The notes: a model not told the origin generated them from the letters alone. Counted from the stretch's first letter, positions 19,973 through 30,845 are shown. The stretch is DNA of 64,000 bases from Nitrospiraceae bacterium (GCA_050246315.1 JBFWWG010000008.1:32001-96000); one strand, 5' to 3'. Translations and numbers: made by a program.

Positions 19973-21210
19973 AGAGCAGCCCCTTTATACTTTGGACACA
20001 GTTGCAGCGCCCTGCGTCGAAATTGCCACACATTTGCGAAACGAATGAATCACTCTAGCAGGCACAGCTAAGGAAGGTCTGATCAATTCAAAATTCTAGG
20101 CCGCGATCAGCCAGATTCCCCGTCTTTGGTACACCTACCAATCGAATTTGGGAATTATTCAGACCTTCCCTAATCAAGGGCGTATCGCTTCAGGATAGCT
20201 CTGAAGGTCAGCATGTCCGCGCAGCAGTTTGTCTCGCGAGCATCTTCGTTTACGAGGGATGAGGTACCGGCCCATTCTCGGATGGGTCATTCTCTCATAA
20301 CGGCTGCGCTCCAATGGGACCTGCGCTCCCGCTCGTTCTGGCCCCAGCAACTCTACCCTGATCTCAGCGTCGAAATCTGCGAGCGGCTAATTATGCATTC
20401 CAGGCGCTGACGCGCAGCCTTAAGAGGTATCGAGCCGGGATTCTAAACCCGGAAGCCTACCGCGTACTGACACACGCTGCCTACTGTCGACTGCCACTCA
20501 CTTCGCACTAGGAAACTGGCTGTTCAGCTATCAACTTCCTTACTCAAGGAAGCCGCTCGAAACCGTCGCAGACGGTCACCTACCTGGGCGCCTGCAATCG
20601 AAGACATGATGGTGGTTCGTCACAAGATTCAAAAACAAACACGATACGCTACAAAGCATGTCTAGAAAAATAACGCCTGAAGCGGCAGGTTCTCTCACTG
20701 ATAACCGGGCATCTCTTATTCAAAAATACAACAGTAGCTTCCATTCCTCGCAAAAGACCGTCTGAACAGGGACGATTTGTCCTCTCATGAAAGCTGTGGG
20801 CAGGAGTGCACCACATCTGCCGGATACCCGTGCAGGGCGTACATCGATGAGAACTTGTCACTCAATTACTGGAATCATATCGATCGGAACCACTCACCAT
20901 ACGATTCAGTCATCTGCGACGGTGCGAAGATCTATATCTCAGGTAGAACTAGTGCATAGGTACACAGACACGATTGTTCATGCAGTGAGTCCCGAATATG
21001 CCATAGCTGATCATTCAACTGTTAACATTAGGTATTACAATGTAACCATGCAACCTTGCACTAAGCGCATTGAGACCATTCTTTCATGGTGTGGCTCCCT
21101 CTGATCACATACCACAACTTGGAGAGGGAGAATCGTCCCTTATCCAACCTCAGAAGCAATTGCCGCAGAGTCGCCAAGAATCGGCTGCGTGTGTGAGCGG
21201 CATGAAGATG

Positions 21211-22176
21211 TCACTGAACTGCACCTAAACTTGGCAGCGCATCTTTGGCCCGCCATACCCCAAATCTGCCACACTCCTTCTCGGCCTCCGTCCTCGAACC
21301 CTCTCCTTTCGCTGCACACGCATAGATCTCACGCACCGGGGTGATAACTTCCTTGATCGGGGCAAATGCAAAGTCGGTTAGCAATCTTGAGAGGCGTTCC
21401 TGGGTTCGATGCAGATTAGTATAGTGTCTAAACCGAGACAGACAGGAACCCTCCATGCGAGGTTGATCGGGGTCAACCTCCCAGGGGTGGAAATATGTCA
21501 CAAGTGGAGCATTTGTTACCTCTGCCTTTCGAAATAGGGCTCTAAACAACCCATACGGGAAAATCCTAAAATATCCCCCTCCACCTATGGGGATTCTCAC
21601 CCCACAGATACTAACCGTTGAAGGTGGGATTTCCCAGATAATTCCGGATTCCGTCCTGACCTGGTGCGCCATACTAGGCGCATTGGGTATGCCATATCGA
21701 TCATGAACGATCGGGACTATACTGGTGTCGTAGGCATAACCTTCCTCGGAAAGAATTGATAGTGCCCAAAGGCTATCTTTGGTAATCGAGAAACTCGGAG
21801 CTCTGTACCCGCAGACAAGCTGCCCCGTTAGAGATTCAAGAATGGCCTTCGTCTTTCGGACATCTTCTCTGAATCTTTGAGGGTTCTGGGAGGTAACAAG
21901 CTCATGAGAATATCCATGGGACGCAATCTCATGACCACCAGAAAAAATTCTCCGAACAAGCCTAGGACAGCGTTCCGCTACCCAACCCAGGATAAAGAAG
22001 GTCGCTCTCACTCCTCTACATTCGATGAGCTCCAAAATCTTATCCGTGTTCCTCTCAACTCGGCTCTCATAATGACCCCAATTTTGTCTTCGCAGCGGTG
22101 CCTCGAATGCTGACACCTGGAAATGCTCCTCGACATCGAACGATAGGCAGTGCACAGCCCCACATTCATTCGTCAT
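21211..22176 (-). CDS. Polysaccharide deacetylase, XrtA/PEP-CTERM locus type (DUF3473)
   Basis: SFDVEEHF, HEIASHGYSH, GYRAPSFS, GGGYFR, YFHPWEVD. Confidence 0.9.
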   Translation of the reverse strand: MTNECGAVHCLSFDVEEHFQVSAFEAPLRRQNWGHYESRVERNTDKILELIECRGVRATFFILGWVAERCPRLVRRIFSGGHEIASHGYSHELVTSQNPQRFREDVRKTKAILESLTGQLVCGYRAPSFSITKDSLWALSILSEEGYAYDTSIVPIVHDRYGIPNAPSMAHQVRTESGIIWEIPPSTVSICGVRIPIGGGGYFRIFPYGLFRALFRKAEVTNAPLVTYFHPWEVDPDQPRMEGSCLSRFRHYTNLHRTQERLSRLLTDFAFAPIKEVITPVREIYACAAKGEGSRTEAEKECGRFGVWRAKDALPSLGAVQ

Positions 22177-22192
22177 ACGAAATAATATCTCT

Positions 22193-23260
22193 TTATCGAG
22201 CCCCTTCCCCGAAAACCACAACTTTTACCGTTCCAGCAAGTATGCGCAGATCCAGCATCAGGGAAAGATTCTTCACATAGTACAAGTCATACTGAAGTTT
22301 GACATGAGAATCCTCGGCGGAAGCACCGTATCGAAATTGTGTTTGAGCCCAGCCTGTGATTCCCGGTCGCACGGTATGGCGCAAATCATAATAGGGAATC
22401 ACGTTTCTGAGATCCTGAACAAACACGGGACGTTCTGGTCGAGGACCCACAAGACTCATCTCCCCTCTCAAAACATTGACGAGCTGTGGCACCTCATCGA
22501 GCCGCCACTTTCTCAAGAATCTTCCGACGCGCGAGATTCTAGGATCCATCTCTGACGCCCATCTTGCCCCATGTTTTTCAGCATCCTGAGACATCGAGCG
22601 AAACTTCCAGATCATGTACGGCTGCCCTCTCAACCCAACACGCATCTGCCGATAAAAAATGGGACCTGGAGAGTCTATTCGGATGAGCACCCCCAACAGG
22701 ACCATCAATGGCAGCAGCACGATTAGACCTAGTATCCCGACCGCAACATCCGTTGAGCGCTTCAAGGCCATGGTGATAACACGCCGCTTGAAGCCCGTTG
22801 AGAAGATCAGCGTGCTCGGCTTCAGGAGGTCAATGGAAAGCCGCCCTGATTCTTCCTCGTACAGATGATGCCCATCGACGATATCCAGCCCCATCGCCTT
22901 CATATCAAGAAGGGTTTGTACCGGCAATACCGCTCGTCGATCTTCGAGACACACTGCGATCGTGTCGATCTGAAATCGTTCAGCAACCTCAAAGAGTTGA
23001 TCGAACGTCCCAATCACACGGAGTTCAGCTAAGGATTCCCCTACGTGTCTCTGGTCTTTGGCCAGAAAACCTATCACCTCAGTGAACCAAGTTCCTCGTG
23101 AGAGCAAAACTTGACACAGGTCTTTGGCAAGCTGACCCACACCGAGAATCAACACGCGTCGCTTCACAACGGGCCAGCGAAAAGGGAGGGAGAGATACGA
23201 GTGTGAAAGTTCAGGCGAAACGATCTCTAGTCCCTGATCTGACTTACTTGAGTTGCTCAT
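22193..23260 (-). CDS. Priming sugar transferase (undecaprenyl-phosphate glycosylphosphotransferase, PEP-CTERM type)
   Basis: KFRSM, DPRI, LDEVPQL, MSLVGPRPE, RPGITGWAQ. Confidence 0.9.
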   Translation of the reverse strand: MSNSSKSDQGLEIVSPELSHSYLSLPFRWPVVKRRVLILGVGQLAKDLCQVLLSRGTWFTEVIGFLAKDQRHVGESLAELRVIGTFDQLFEVAERFQIDTIAVCLEDRRAVLPVQTLLDMKAMGLDIVDGHHLYEEESGRLSIDLLKPSTLIFSTGFKRRVITMALKRSTDVAVGILGLIVLLPLMVLLGVLIRIDSPGPIFYRQMRVGLRGQPYMIWKFRSMSQDAEKHGARWASEMDPRISRVGRFLRKWRLDEVPQLVNVLRGEMSLVGPRPERPVFVQDLRNVIPYYDLRHTVRPGITGWAQTQFRYGASAEDSHVKLQYDLYYVKNLSLMLDLRILAGTVKVVVFGEGAR

Positions 23261-25583
23261 GCGGTGCTTCGTGATAGTACATCTGTTGCATGTAATACGG
23301 CGTGTCCTGTACCTCAACTCCGTTTAGCACGATCGCTAATGGATTTTGCTCTCCGATTGTCTTTAGCGCCTTCTGCACCGCATCCCGTCCGGTAGCCCCT
23401 GCTCGAATCACCAGGGTGACTAGGTCAGCCATACTAGCGAGTACATTCATGTCCGCTAGTGGTAAGATCGGCGGCGCATCAACAATAATGTATTCAAATC
23501 GTGACCTTAAGCTGGCCAGGAGTTCCGCTAGCTGCTGCATTTTTGACAAGGCCGGGGGCCCGTCAACAACTGCGCCGGAGGGAAGAATCCAGAGTCCAAG
23601 CCCTTCCTGAAATCTAAGGCACTCTTCAAGTGAATTTTCACCATGCAGGAGTTCGACGAGTCCCGGCTGCGCATCTGTCCCAACATAGACATGTTGCATA
23701 GGCCTCTTCAGGTCACAGTCCACAAGGACGGTCTTTTTGTCAAGGTCACGCGCAAGGATATAGGCCAGATTGAGAGACGTGCAAGACTTACCCTCTCCCA
23801 TAAGCGCGCTGGTAACCACGATGACGGTCGTCTTCCTTTCACCAACCATCAACTCTAGACGAGTCGCGGCCACCCGAAACTGCTCTGCAACAAGCGATCT
23901 CGGACGCCACATCGTAACCAATTCGAGACCGGGTGAGGTCCGACTGCCCGTCAACGAGTCTCCCTTTGTTCTCCCATTCTTGGCCTCACCCTCCGGTTTG
24001 TAATGAGGCAACAGCGGCCGCGCTGTGCCTTGAGGCAACAGGGGCTGATTTTTACGTTGACGAAGCACTCCGCCCACCTGCTCAACGGTTCCTCCCAGGG
24101 CGCTCTCGTACGTAGGAATCGAAACAAGAACCGGAAGACCCAATACCAGCTCCACCTCATCCGCCGATGAAAATCCCCTTCTCAACAGCTCTAGCCCGAT
24201 TGCGCCCCCGATCCCCATCGCGCATCCGATTCCAAGCCCTCCTAGCATGATCATAAGAATGTTGGGTGTTTCAGGAAGGACAGGGAGATTGGCAGGATCA
24301 ATAATGGTGAATTGAGTACCCTTATGTCGCCTTTCAAGATTCCCCGCGATTCCAGCATGCAACTGCTTTTCCAACAAGGCCTGAAAATTCTTCTGCAGGT
24401 TTTCGTAGTCTCGCTCCAAAGCCATCAACTTCTGCTTATGAATCGGGGCTCGATCAAGCCTCACTTGATAGCGTTGAATCTCTGATGCGATGCGCAATTC
24501 CCTGGTCTTCGCCATCTCGATTTGCTCAAGCAACTCGTCCCGTTGTCGCAACAGGTCCGCATGATGTTGGTCGAGGATCTTCCCTTTTCCCTTTTTCTTC
24601 CCAGGCGATTCGGGCTTCCCCTCCTCCCCTTCGGGCAGCTGTCCAACATATTCCTCAGTCGTCATGGACTTCAGTTTCCGGATTTCTTCTTTAATTTGGA
24701 CAATATCTGGATAGGTCTCCTTATAGACAGCAGTCAAACCGACGAGGCTTCTCTCCAATTCTTTGATCCTGGCCAAGCGGAGGTCTCGAATACGTCTCGG
24801 ACCTGCCTCCTCACCATCCTGTTCCTCATAGTCCCGTATGCTCTTCTCCAATGAGCCCAATCGAAGTGCAAAGCTCTTGACCATTTCACGCTGTGAAACC
24901 TGCTCAGCCTCAAGTCGATCTACTGCACGGAGATTTCCCTCCATCTGTTCAGGTAATTCTCCCAAATTAGTCTTCTTGAATTCCGCAATAGCTTTTTCCC
25001 TAGCTTCTAGCTGCACCGTGAGCGCATCGAGTTCTTGCTGCAGGAATTCCGTAGATGTTTCAGCAATCTCTTCCTTATTACGGGAATTCTCTTCGATAAA
25101 TAGGTCGGCCAATCGAGCTGTCACATCTCTGGCGACCTTTGGATTCTGGTCAGAAAAAGATAGATTCAAAAAAGATCGGTCTTTTGAGAGCTCAATTTTG
25201 ATCAACCCTCTCATGCCCTTGACAACCCCGTCCTCAGACATCGCTGTCGCAGCGGTCTTGTCATATCCATGTAGATGAAGCTCATGAGCAACCTGAGTCA
25301 GAAACTTACGGCTGAGGAGAATTTGACGCATCGCGGTTACCCGCTCGTTCAGAGCAGCCACCTTATCAGGAGACGAGCCTTCGTTCGCTGAATCCACTCC
25401 TCGCACATGAAGCACCTTCGGCTCCTCCACCAGCATCAGAGTCGTGGACCGGTAACTCTTGGGGAGATACAAGCAGAGCACCCAGGCAATACCTGAACAT
25501 ATCACCACTGACCCCAAAATCAGCCACTTATGACTTGCAATTGCCCTTAAATAGTCCTGTGGGGTCAGCAAGCGGGCATTCAT
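23244..25583 (-). CDS. wzc: Polysaccharide co-polymerase fused to BY-kinase
   Basis: Two TMs flanking a coiled coil; Walker A GEGKS, DCDLKRP, IVDAPP; Tyr tail PYYMQQMYY. Confidence 0.9.
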   Translation of the reverse strand: MNARLLTPQDYLRAIASHKWLILGSVVICSGIAWVLCLYLPKSYRSTTLMLVEEPKVLHVRGVDSANEGSSPDKVAALNERVTAMRQILLSRKFLTQVAHELHLHGYDKTAATAMSEDGVVKGMRGLIKIELSKDRSFLNLSFSDQNPKVARDVTARLADLFIEENSRNKEEIAETSTEFLQQELDALTVQLEAREKAIAEFKKTNLGELPEQMEGNLRAVDRLEAEQVSQREMVKSFALRLGSLEKSIRDYEEQDGEEAGPRRIRDLRLARIKELERSLVGLTAVYKETYPDIVQIKEEIRKLKSMTTEEYVGQLPEGEEGKPESPGKKKGKGKILDQHHADLLRQRDELLEQIEMAKTRELRIASEIQRYQVRLDRAPIHKQKLMALERDYENLQKNFQALLEKQLHAGIAGNLERRHKGTQFTIIDPANLPVLPETPNILMIMLGGLGIGCAMGIGGAIGLELLRRGFSSADEVELVLGLPVLVSIPTYESALGGTVEQVGGVLRQRKNQPLLPQGTARPLLPHYKPEGEAKNGRTKGDSLTGSRTSPGLELVTMWRPRSLVAEQFRVAATRLELMVGERKTTVIVVTSALMGEGKSCTSLNLAYILARDLDKKTVLVDCDLKRPMQHVYVGTDAQPGLVELLHGENSLEECLRFQEGLGLWILPSGAVVDGPPALSKMQQLAELLASLRSRFEYIIVDAPPILPLADMNVLASMADLVTLVIRAGATGRDAVQKALKTIGEQNPLAIVLNGVEVQDTPYYMQQMYYHEAPHEQLK

Positions 25584-27157
25584 TTTTCTCCTCCGCCACT
25601 TCCTCCGGGAGCCGATTGGGAGCCACTTCCTTGCGATCCGCCGGAGCTGCCAGATCCCGCATCCTGAAATGCGCCACTCCTAAAAAAACTTCTAGCGGGA
25701 GTAAAGACGTAGGAGAGCGAGATCATGATCATCTGTTTGGAGAACGCGAATAGTCCCTGCTCTGAAATAGCCACTGGACTTCGGTCCGCAAAATTCAGCC
25801 ACGTGTGAGTAAGAGCCGCCCTGAACGAGGGGGTAAACAAGTAGTTTAGCGAGGAAGTCGTTCCATATGTGTCGAACGCAAAGGTGATTGCCTGCTGAGT
25901 TCCGACGCTTCGGGCAAAGTTTAGTCCCATCTGCAAGGTCATTCTATCTAAGACCCCTACCTGAGCCTGAGCACCCACGACATGACTTTCCATCGGACCA
26001 GACTGCGCGACAAAACTTGGAAAGACTGAATAGTTGTAACTCATCGTAATTGCGTATTGGCCGGGTCTGAATGACCCTCCTTGGCCGACATTCCAAGGCA
26101 CGGGAGGCAGACCACCAAACAACCCACTACCAAATGAAGCTCCGTAGGGCCCGATGTCCCGAAGGGTGGAGGCAAAGGAACTCCACGTAATGATCGCGCT
26201 GGCCGTCGGAGCAATTGCGGCACTGGTAGTGGTGGGGTTACCACTGCTCACATCGGTGAAACCAGGAATGAGCTGAGCGCCGCCGCCGAGGCTGCTTGTG
26301 AGCTGCCTGGTCCATGTCCGAGACCAGGTAACAGTTGCTGTATGAAGATTAAAGTTGCCAACTGTAGGCTGTTCGAACAGTGAATAAGAATAGTTTGTGG
26401 TCAGCGAATCTCTTTGAGAGAGTCGCGTGCTGAGTCCAACCTGTCCAAGATAACTGTTCGTATCATACAATTGATTTTGAGCACCTGGACTTGATACGCC
26501 AAATTGCCCGCCAAAGCTCAGATGAGAATAGGAACCGCTTAATTGAAGGTCGGTGCGAGGTGTCAACGCATAAGCAGTATTGAGCGTTGCCGTATAGGTA
26601 GTAATTCGCACTCGGTTCGTGACTTGTCCGCTGTCGAACGGACCCAAGGTACCCATCGTGCCCGTGGTTCCGAACCCTACTCCGGCAAAACCTACCCCGC
26701 CAGCCCCAAAAGCGGTGGCGCTCGGTGTGAATTGATAGCTTCCATACACATTCAATGCTCTTACTCGAGGAGACATCCGCTTTCCCAACTGAAGAAGGTC
26801 CATCATGGCCGACGCATTAAACCCGGCATAATCAAGCTGGGGATTGTTCACATATTTGGCAAACACTCCAGCAAAACTTAACGAGCCGTTGAAGGATCGC
26901 CCCGTATGAGCCAACAGGAGCTGAGGATTCGCAAGGGTTACAAAATCTTCCGGCTTCAGCCCAGGGGCGAGACGGTCCGTGGGGGCATAATACACGTTCG
27001 TGTCGTACGTTTCGCTGACCGAAATGAGAGGGATCACACGCGTCTCTCCATACGCGCTGCTTACCCCCATCACCGTGGCCAAGACCACCGAGCACCGAAT
27101 GACGATTATCCAACCAGCCCCCCTCCAGGCTAGGCTACGGAACCACAATGACATCAC
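25580..27157 (-). CDS. Outer-membrane beta-barrel protein of polysaccharide export locus
   Basis: Signal peptide, ETYDTNV, alternating amphipathic strands; lies between wza and wzc. Confidence 0.7.
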   Translation of the reverse strand: MMSLWFRSLAWRGAGWIIVIRCSVVLATVMGVSSAYGETRVIPLISVSETYDTNVYYAPTDRLAPGLKPEDFVTLANPQLLLAHTGRSFNGSLSFAGVFAKYVNNPQLDYAGFNASAMMDLLQLGKRMSPRVRALNVYGSYQFTPSATAFGAGGVGFAGVGFGTTGTMGTLGPFDSGQVTNRVRITTYTATLNTAYALTPRTDLQLSGSYSHLSFGGQFGVSSPGAQNQLYDTNSYLGQVGLSTRLSQRDSLTTNYSYSLFEQPTVGNFNLHTATVTWSRTWTRQLTSSLGGGAQLIPGFTDVSSGNPTTTSAAIAPTASAIITWSSFASTLRDIGPYGASFGSGLFGGLPPVPWNVGQGGSFRPGQYAITMSYNYSVFPSFVAQSGPMESHVVGAQAQVGVLDRMTLQMGLNFARSVGTQQAITFAFDTYGTTSSLNYLFTPSFRAALTHTWLNFADRSPVAISEQGLFAFSKQMIMISLSYVFTPARSFFRSGAFQDAGSGSSGGSQGSGSQSAPGGSGGGEK

Positions 27158-27800
27158 CAGCCTTGAGTATGAAATTCGCCTCTAGGTTTTTCCCGAGCAC
27201 GATATCCTCATAAGGAACAGGAAATTGGATTTGCTTCGGTTCTCCGTGACCATTTGTGACCATTCGGAGCACATGCATCTTGTTTCTCGATGCAAACGTG
27301 GTGAAGCCTCCAGCATAGGAGATGCCTTGAAGCACAGTCGCGAAAGACTTCAGCGTGTATTTCCCGGGCTTGGACACTTCTCCAAGCACATAAATGTAAT
27401 AGCTATTGATTTCTTTCACTTGAACCGAAACCGTCGGGCTAGCAATGTATTCGGCTAGCCCGTCTGCAATGCGTTTTGATAGGGCCTGTGCGGTCATTCC
27501 TGCAGCCTGGACATCTCCGATCAGCGGCAGCGAAATCTTCCCATCGGGCCGCACAATCACTTCCTTGGACAATTCCTGATTGCGCCAAACATTTACGATC
27601 AGTACATCTTCAGGTCCGATGAGGAACTCCGTTGGGGTAGCTCCTTTCAATGGGTATTCAACCTGGGTACCCGAGCAGCCGCCCAGCACAAGGACGCACA
27701 CCAGCAGACTGAGCTGGACAAGCGGCCAGTCGAGTCTCACATCGAGCCCAGGAGACGCTCGAAGACCACCAAATTGTCTCATCGCTACCACTTGCATCAC
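27135..27800 (-). CDS. wza: Polysaccharide export protein (Wza/OPX family, lipoprotein)
   Basis: LGGC lipobox, IGPEDVL, VRPDGKISLPLIG, SLBB domain. Confidence 0.9.
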   Translation of the reverse strand: MMQVVAMRQFGGLRASPGLDVRLDWPLVQLSLLVCVLVLGGCSGTQVEYPLKGATPTEFLIGPEDVLIVNVWRNQELSKEVIVRPDGKISLPLIGDVQAAGMTAQALSKRIADGLAEYIASPTVSVQVKEINSYYIYVLGEVSKPGKYTLKSFATVLQGISYAGGFTTFASRNKMHVLRMVTNGHGEPKQIQFPVPYEDIVLGKNLEANFILKAGDVIVVP

Positions 27801-27862
27801 CTTCGTTCTTGCTCCTTAAGGGTTGCGCGCACAAGATCTCCTTGAAACTAGGGGATACCGGA

Positions 27863-28561
27863 TCAACGGCTTGGCAGCACGACCATCGTTTCCGAAGGTA
27901 CAACGATCAAATCGCCTGGCCTGAGCTCGATATTCTGATTCGACCCATCCCGAATCACCATGTCGTCGTAGCTCGCCTTTATTTTTGTCAGACCTTCGGC
28001 ATCCTTACCATATCGAAAAACGACAATCTTATTGCGTGCAGCAACTTGTGTGAAACCTCCCGCAACCGTAATCGCCTGCAACAACGTCAACTTGCTAGTC
28101 AGCGGATACTTCCCTGGCTTATTCACCTCGCCCAGAACATAAATTTGATAGCTCTTCACTTCTTTAACCAAGATCGAAACAGTGGGATTCTCCATGTAGG
28201 CTCTGAGACGAGAAGAAATCTCATCGGTTAGCTGTGACGGTGTCTTGCCCACCGCCGAAACATCGCCAACCAGCGGCAATGAAATTCTTCCGTCAGGTCT
28301 TACCTGGACCTGCTTCGAGAGATCATTGTTCTTCCACACGGCGATTTCCAAAACATCTTCGGGCCCCAAGATATACTCGGGGGTTACTATCAATTGAGAA
28401 TTTTCGGCTGCGGCACTCATCAGCCGCACCTTCGTATCTGCTTGGCTCACTGCGGGAATGACAGGCCCTCCAGCTTGAGCAGGTCCTCCAGCTTGAGAAT
28501 GAGCCAAGTCACAAAACACTGCTAGCAAGAAGAGGATCAAACTGCTTGTCAATAGCCTCAT
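27863..28561 (-). CDS. wza: Second polysaccharide export protein (Wza/OPX family)
   Basis: LGPEDVL, VRPDGRISLPLVG, LRPGDLIVVP. Confidence 0.9.
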   Translation of the reverse strand: MRLLTSSLILFLLAVFCDLAHSQAGGPAQAGGPVIPAVSQADTKVRLMSAAAENSQLIVTPEYILGPEDVLEIAVWKNNDLSKQVQVRPDGRISLPLVGDVSAVGKTPSQLTDEISSRLRAYMENPTVSILVKEVKSYQIYVLGEVNKPGKYPLTSKLTLLQAITVAGGFTQVAARNKIVVFRYGKDAEGLTKIKASYDDMVIRDGSNQNIELRPGDLIVVPSETMVVLPSR

Positions 28562-28738
28562 TTCATCCCCCACGTCATTACTACCCCCATCATGCTCTCG
28601 GTCCTTCGCCCGCACCGAAAGGCCTTCCTAGATAGATAATCCGACAAATTGCAGCCATATCCCCTTTGTTCCCGTATCATCCATGCTGAAGACAACTGAG
28701 GCTGGATGGCTTCTTCAGTGAGCGAAGCACTCAATGAA

Positions 28739-29089
28739 TCAGAAAATAAACTTCAGCCCCACAAAATAGGCACCATTGCCGGCCGACTTACTAAAAGGCA
28801 GTCGGCGTGTCCAGCGAACCTCAGCTAGTGTAGGTGTTTCAGCATTCGTGATAGGGGTAGGGACGTAGACTTTAAGAACCTGGTCCAAGAGGGGCTCCCG
28901 ATCCATGAGAACGAGCATGCCCCCTGAGCTGATATTAAGTGAGAGGGCCCTACCCTGAAGAACAAGCGCCTCACGGGGAAGGTCGAGTGGTGCCGTGAGT
29001 TCATACGGAATGGGTCTTAGGAGGGCAACCCGCTCGCTGTGGTCCCTGTTGTTATCCTCAATCGTCCAATCCCAATCTCCAGCAGCCAC
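28739..29089 (-). CDS. Single-domain PilZ protein
   Basis: LNISSGGM, AEVRW, VGLKF; Arg motif is RDHSER. Confidence 0.75.
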   Translation of the reverse strand: MAAGDWDWTIEDNNRDHSERVALLRPIPYELTAPLDLPREALVLQGRALSLNISSGGMLVLMDREPLLDQVLKVYVPTPITNAETPTLAEVRWTRRLPFSKSAGNGAYFVGLKFIF

Positions 29090-29550
29090 CTCAATTACTC
29101 CCTTTCATTTACTTCCTTCCATTCCTTCTCGCGCTCCAAATTTGGCTTTACAGTGAAACGTGGAATCTTATGCAAAATATGTGCGAAGAAAGACAAATTA
29201 TTCCTAAAGATGGAACGAAAAAAGATTGAGATGCATGATGACACGTGAACGATCACAAGTTATTGAATGCAAATGTATATTGCATTAAATTTCCCACAAC
29301 TCGATGAACTGCTGGCACAGATCGCGGAAATCCTCGAGCGGTAACAAACTAATGGCGACACTATGAATTTGAGGCAAATTTGTACAATAACCTATATGTA
29401 TACCGTTCCATACGAAAGTAGCAAGTTGACTACCTCGAAAGTGTTAGATACTATTTCCATTGACGGTGGCAATGCAATGCTTGGTGTCCGTTCAGAATTT
29501 AGAATAGAGCCGAACTTACCCATTTCGACCACGAAAGTAAACAAATAGCC

Positions 29551-30174
29551 ATGTCGCCTGAGGATTATCAGAATAACGCTACATCTCAACCTCAGATCGA
29601 TGCAATAACCGAGCAGCGGGCTGGCCCCGGAATAATCGTTCTGTCCTCATCAATGCAATTACTCCACATGAACCGCCAAGCCTCAGAGCTTTGCCGGAAG
29701 ATAAACGATGCAGAACATGGGAAGCAGAACAGCAAGCAGGCGCAGGGCGTACTTCCATCAGCGCTCACGGAACTGTCCTCTGAAATCATTAAAGCACTGA
29801 CGGTTCGCACTGAAGCCAAAGACTGGGAACAGTTTGAAGTAAAGCGCGTAGCCGGAAATTCCGAGCAACCGATTCTGCTTCGGGGGTTTGGGTTGCCCGA
29901 TCGAGGCGGCATTTCCAGCGCCCGACTTGTTATCACCATGGAGGAGATTGGTCGCCGGCAACAATTTAGTACGGACCAGGCGAAAGAACGGTTCCAATTG
30001 ACCAACAGAGAGCACGCCGTAGTTGAGCATTTAGCAAAAGGCTGGACGAACAAAGAAATCGCCAATGCTCTGAACATAACGGAGCAAACAGTTAAGGAAC
30101 ATATCAAACATATTATGCGTAAGACGAATTCCACCACTCGCACCGGCATCCTTGCCCAAGTTTTCCGCTCATAA
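29551..30174 (+). CDS. LuxR-family regulator with N-terminal PAS-like region
   Basis: LTNREHAVVEHLAKGWTNKEIANALNITEQTVKEHIKHIMRK. Confidence 0.9.
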   Translation: MSPEDYQNNATSQPQIDAITEQRAGPGIIVLSSSMQLLHMNRQASELCRKINDAEHGKQNSKQAQGVLPSALTELSSEIIKALTVRTEAKDWEQFEVKRVAGNSEQPILLRGFGLPDRGGISSARLVITMEEIGRRQQFSTDQAKERFQLTNREHAVVEHLAKGWTNKEIANALNITEQTVKEHIKHIMRKTNSTTRTGILAQVFRS

Positions 30175-30326
30175 CATCTTCGTCGTCTCTGATAGATCAC
30201 ACCTGTTGTTTAAACGCATCAGTTGTTACTGATCTGCCCAGTGCGAACTGGTCGCCCCTTGGCTGCATTTTCAATGGCTTGAGAGTGTGCTTCGGTGGCC
30301 TGTACTTTGCTCATCATTATCTTCAT

Positions 30327-30845
30327 ATGGCTCCCAATTCGAAATGGATACAGTGTGTCTTCTTGGTCGCGCTGGGTGTGGTCATTTCCGGGTGTCAGTC
30401 CGACGCAGGCTCCATTCATCGATCAAATTTTGGCGAGATCTGGAAAACCTACCAGGCATGTCGGTCGGCCGATAAAACGGAAGAGGTCATCATGCATGCC
30501 AGAACCGTGGAAAATATGGTCGTGCTTAGGAGTCCGCGGATACTGACTGCCGATCCTGATCGAATCTCACAGGGAACGTTGACGAAACTCGTCCATCCTC
30601 TTAAGACCAGACTGGCCGTTGATCCGCAAGCCATGAACGCAGATTGCCTTCTCCACGCGGGACAAGTTGCCTATCGACAAGGACAGATTATCCTTGCGCA
30701 GGACATGTTTGGCCGAATCTTACGAGGCGCTCAAGAGCCTGAGCTTCGCTATTATGTCGAATCGGCACGGCTGGGACTGCTTAGAATCGATCAGGAATTC
30801 CAGGCCACAGCCGAGAAGATCCCACCGACTGCTCTGCCTAACTAA
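30327..30845 (+). CDS. Hypothetical lipoprotein
   Basis: Hydrophobic signal with VISGC lipobox; AVDP..M..DC motif. Confidence 0.6.
   Translation: MAPNSKWIQCVFLVALGVVISGCQSDAGSIHRSNFGEIWKTYQACRSADKTEEVIMHARTVENMVVLRSPRILTADPDRISQGTLTKLVHPLKTRLAVDPQAMNADCLLHAGQVAYRQGQIILAQDMFGRILRGAQEPELRYYVESARLGLLRIDQEFQATAEKIPPTALPN

Noticed and set aside
20450..20500. ops/JUMPStart-like GCGGTAG on the minus strand
   Set aside because: Partial match only, far from wzm, and no RfaH/NusG paralogue in the window.
29592..30200. 202-aa ORF antisense to the LuxR gene
   Set aside because: Shadow of a well-supported plus-strand gene.
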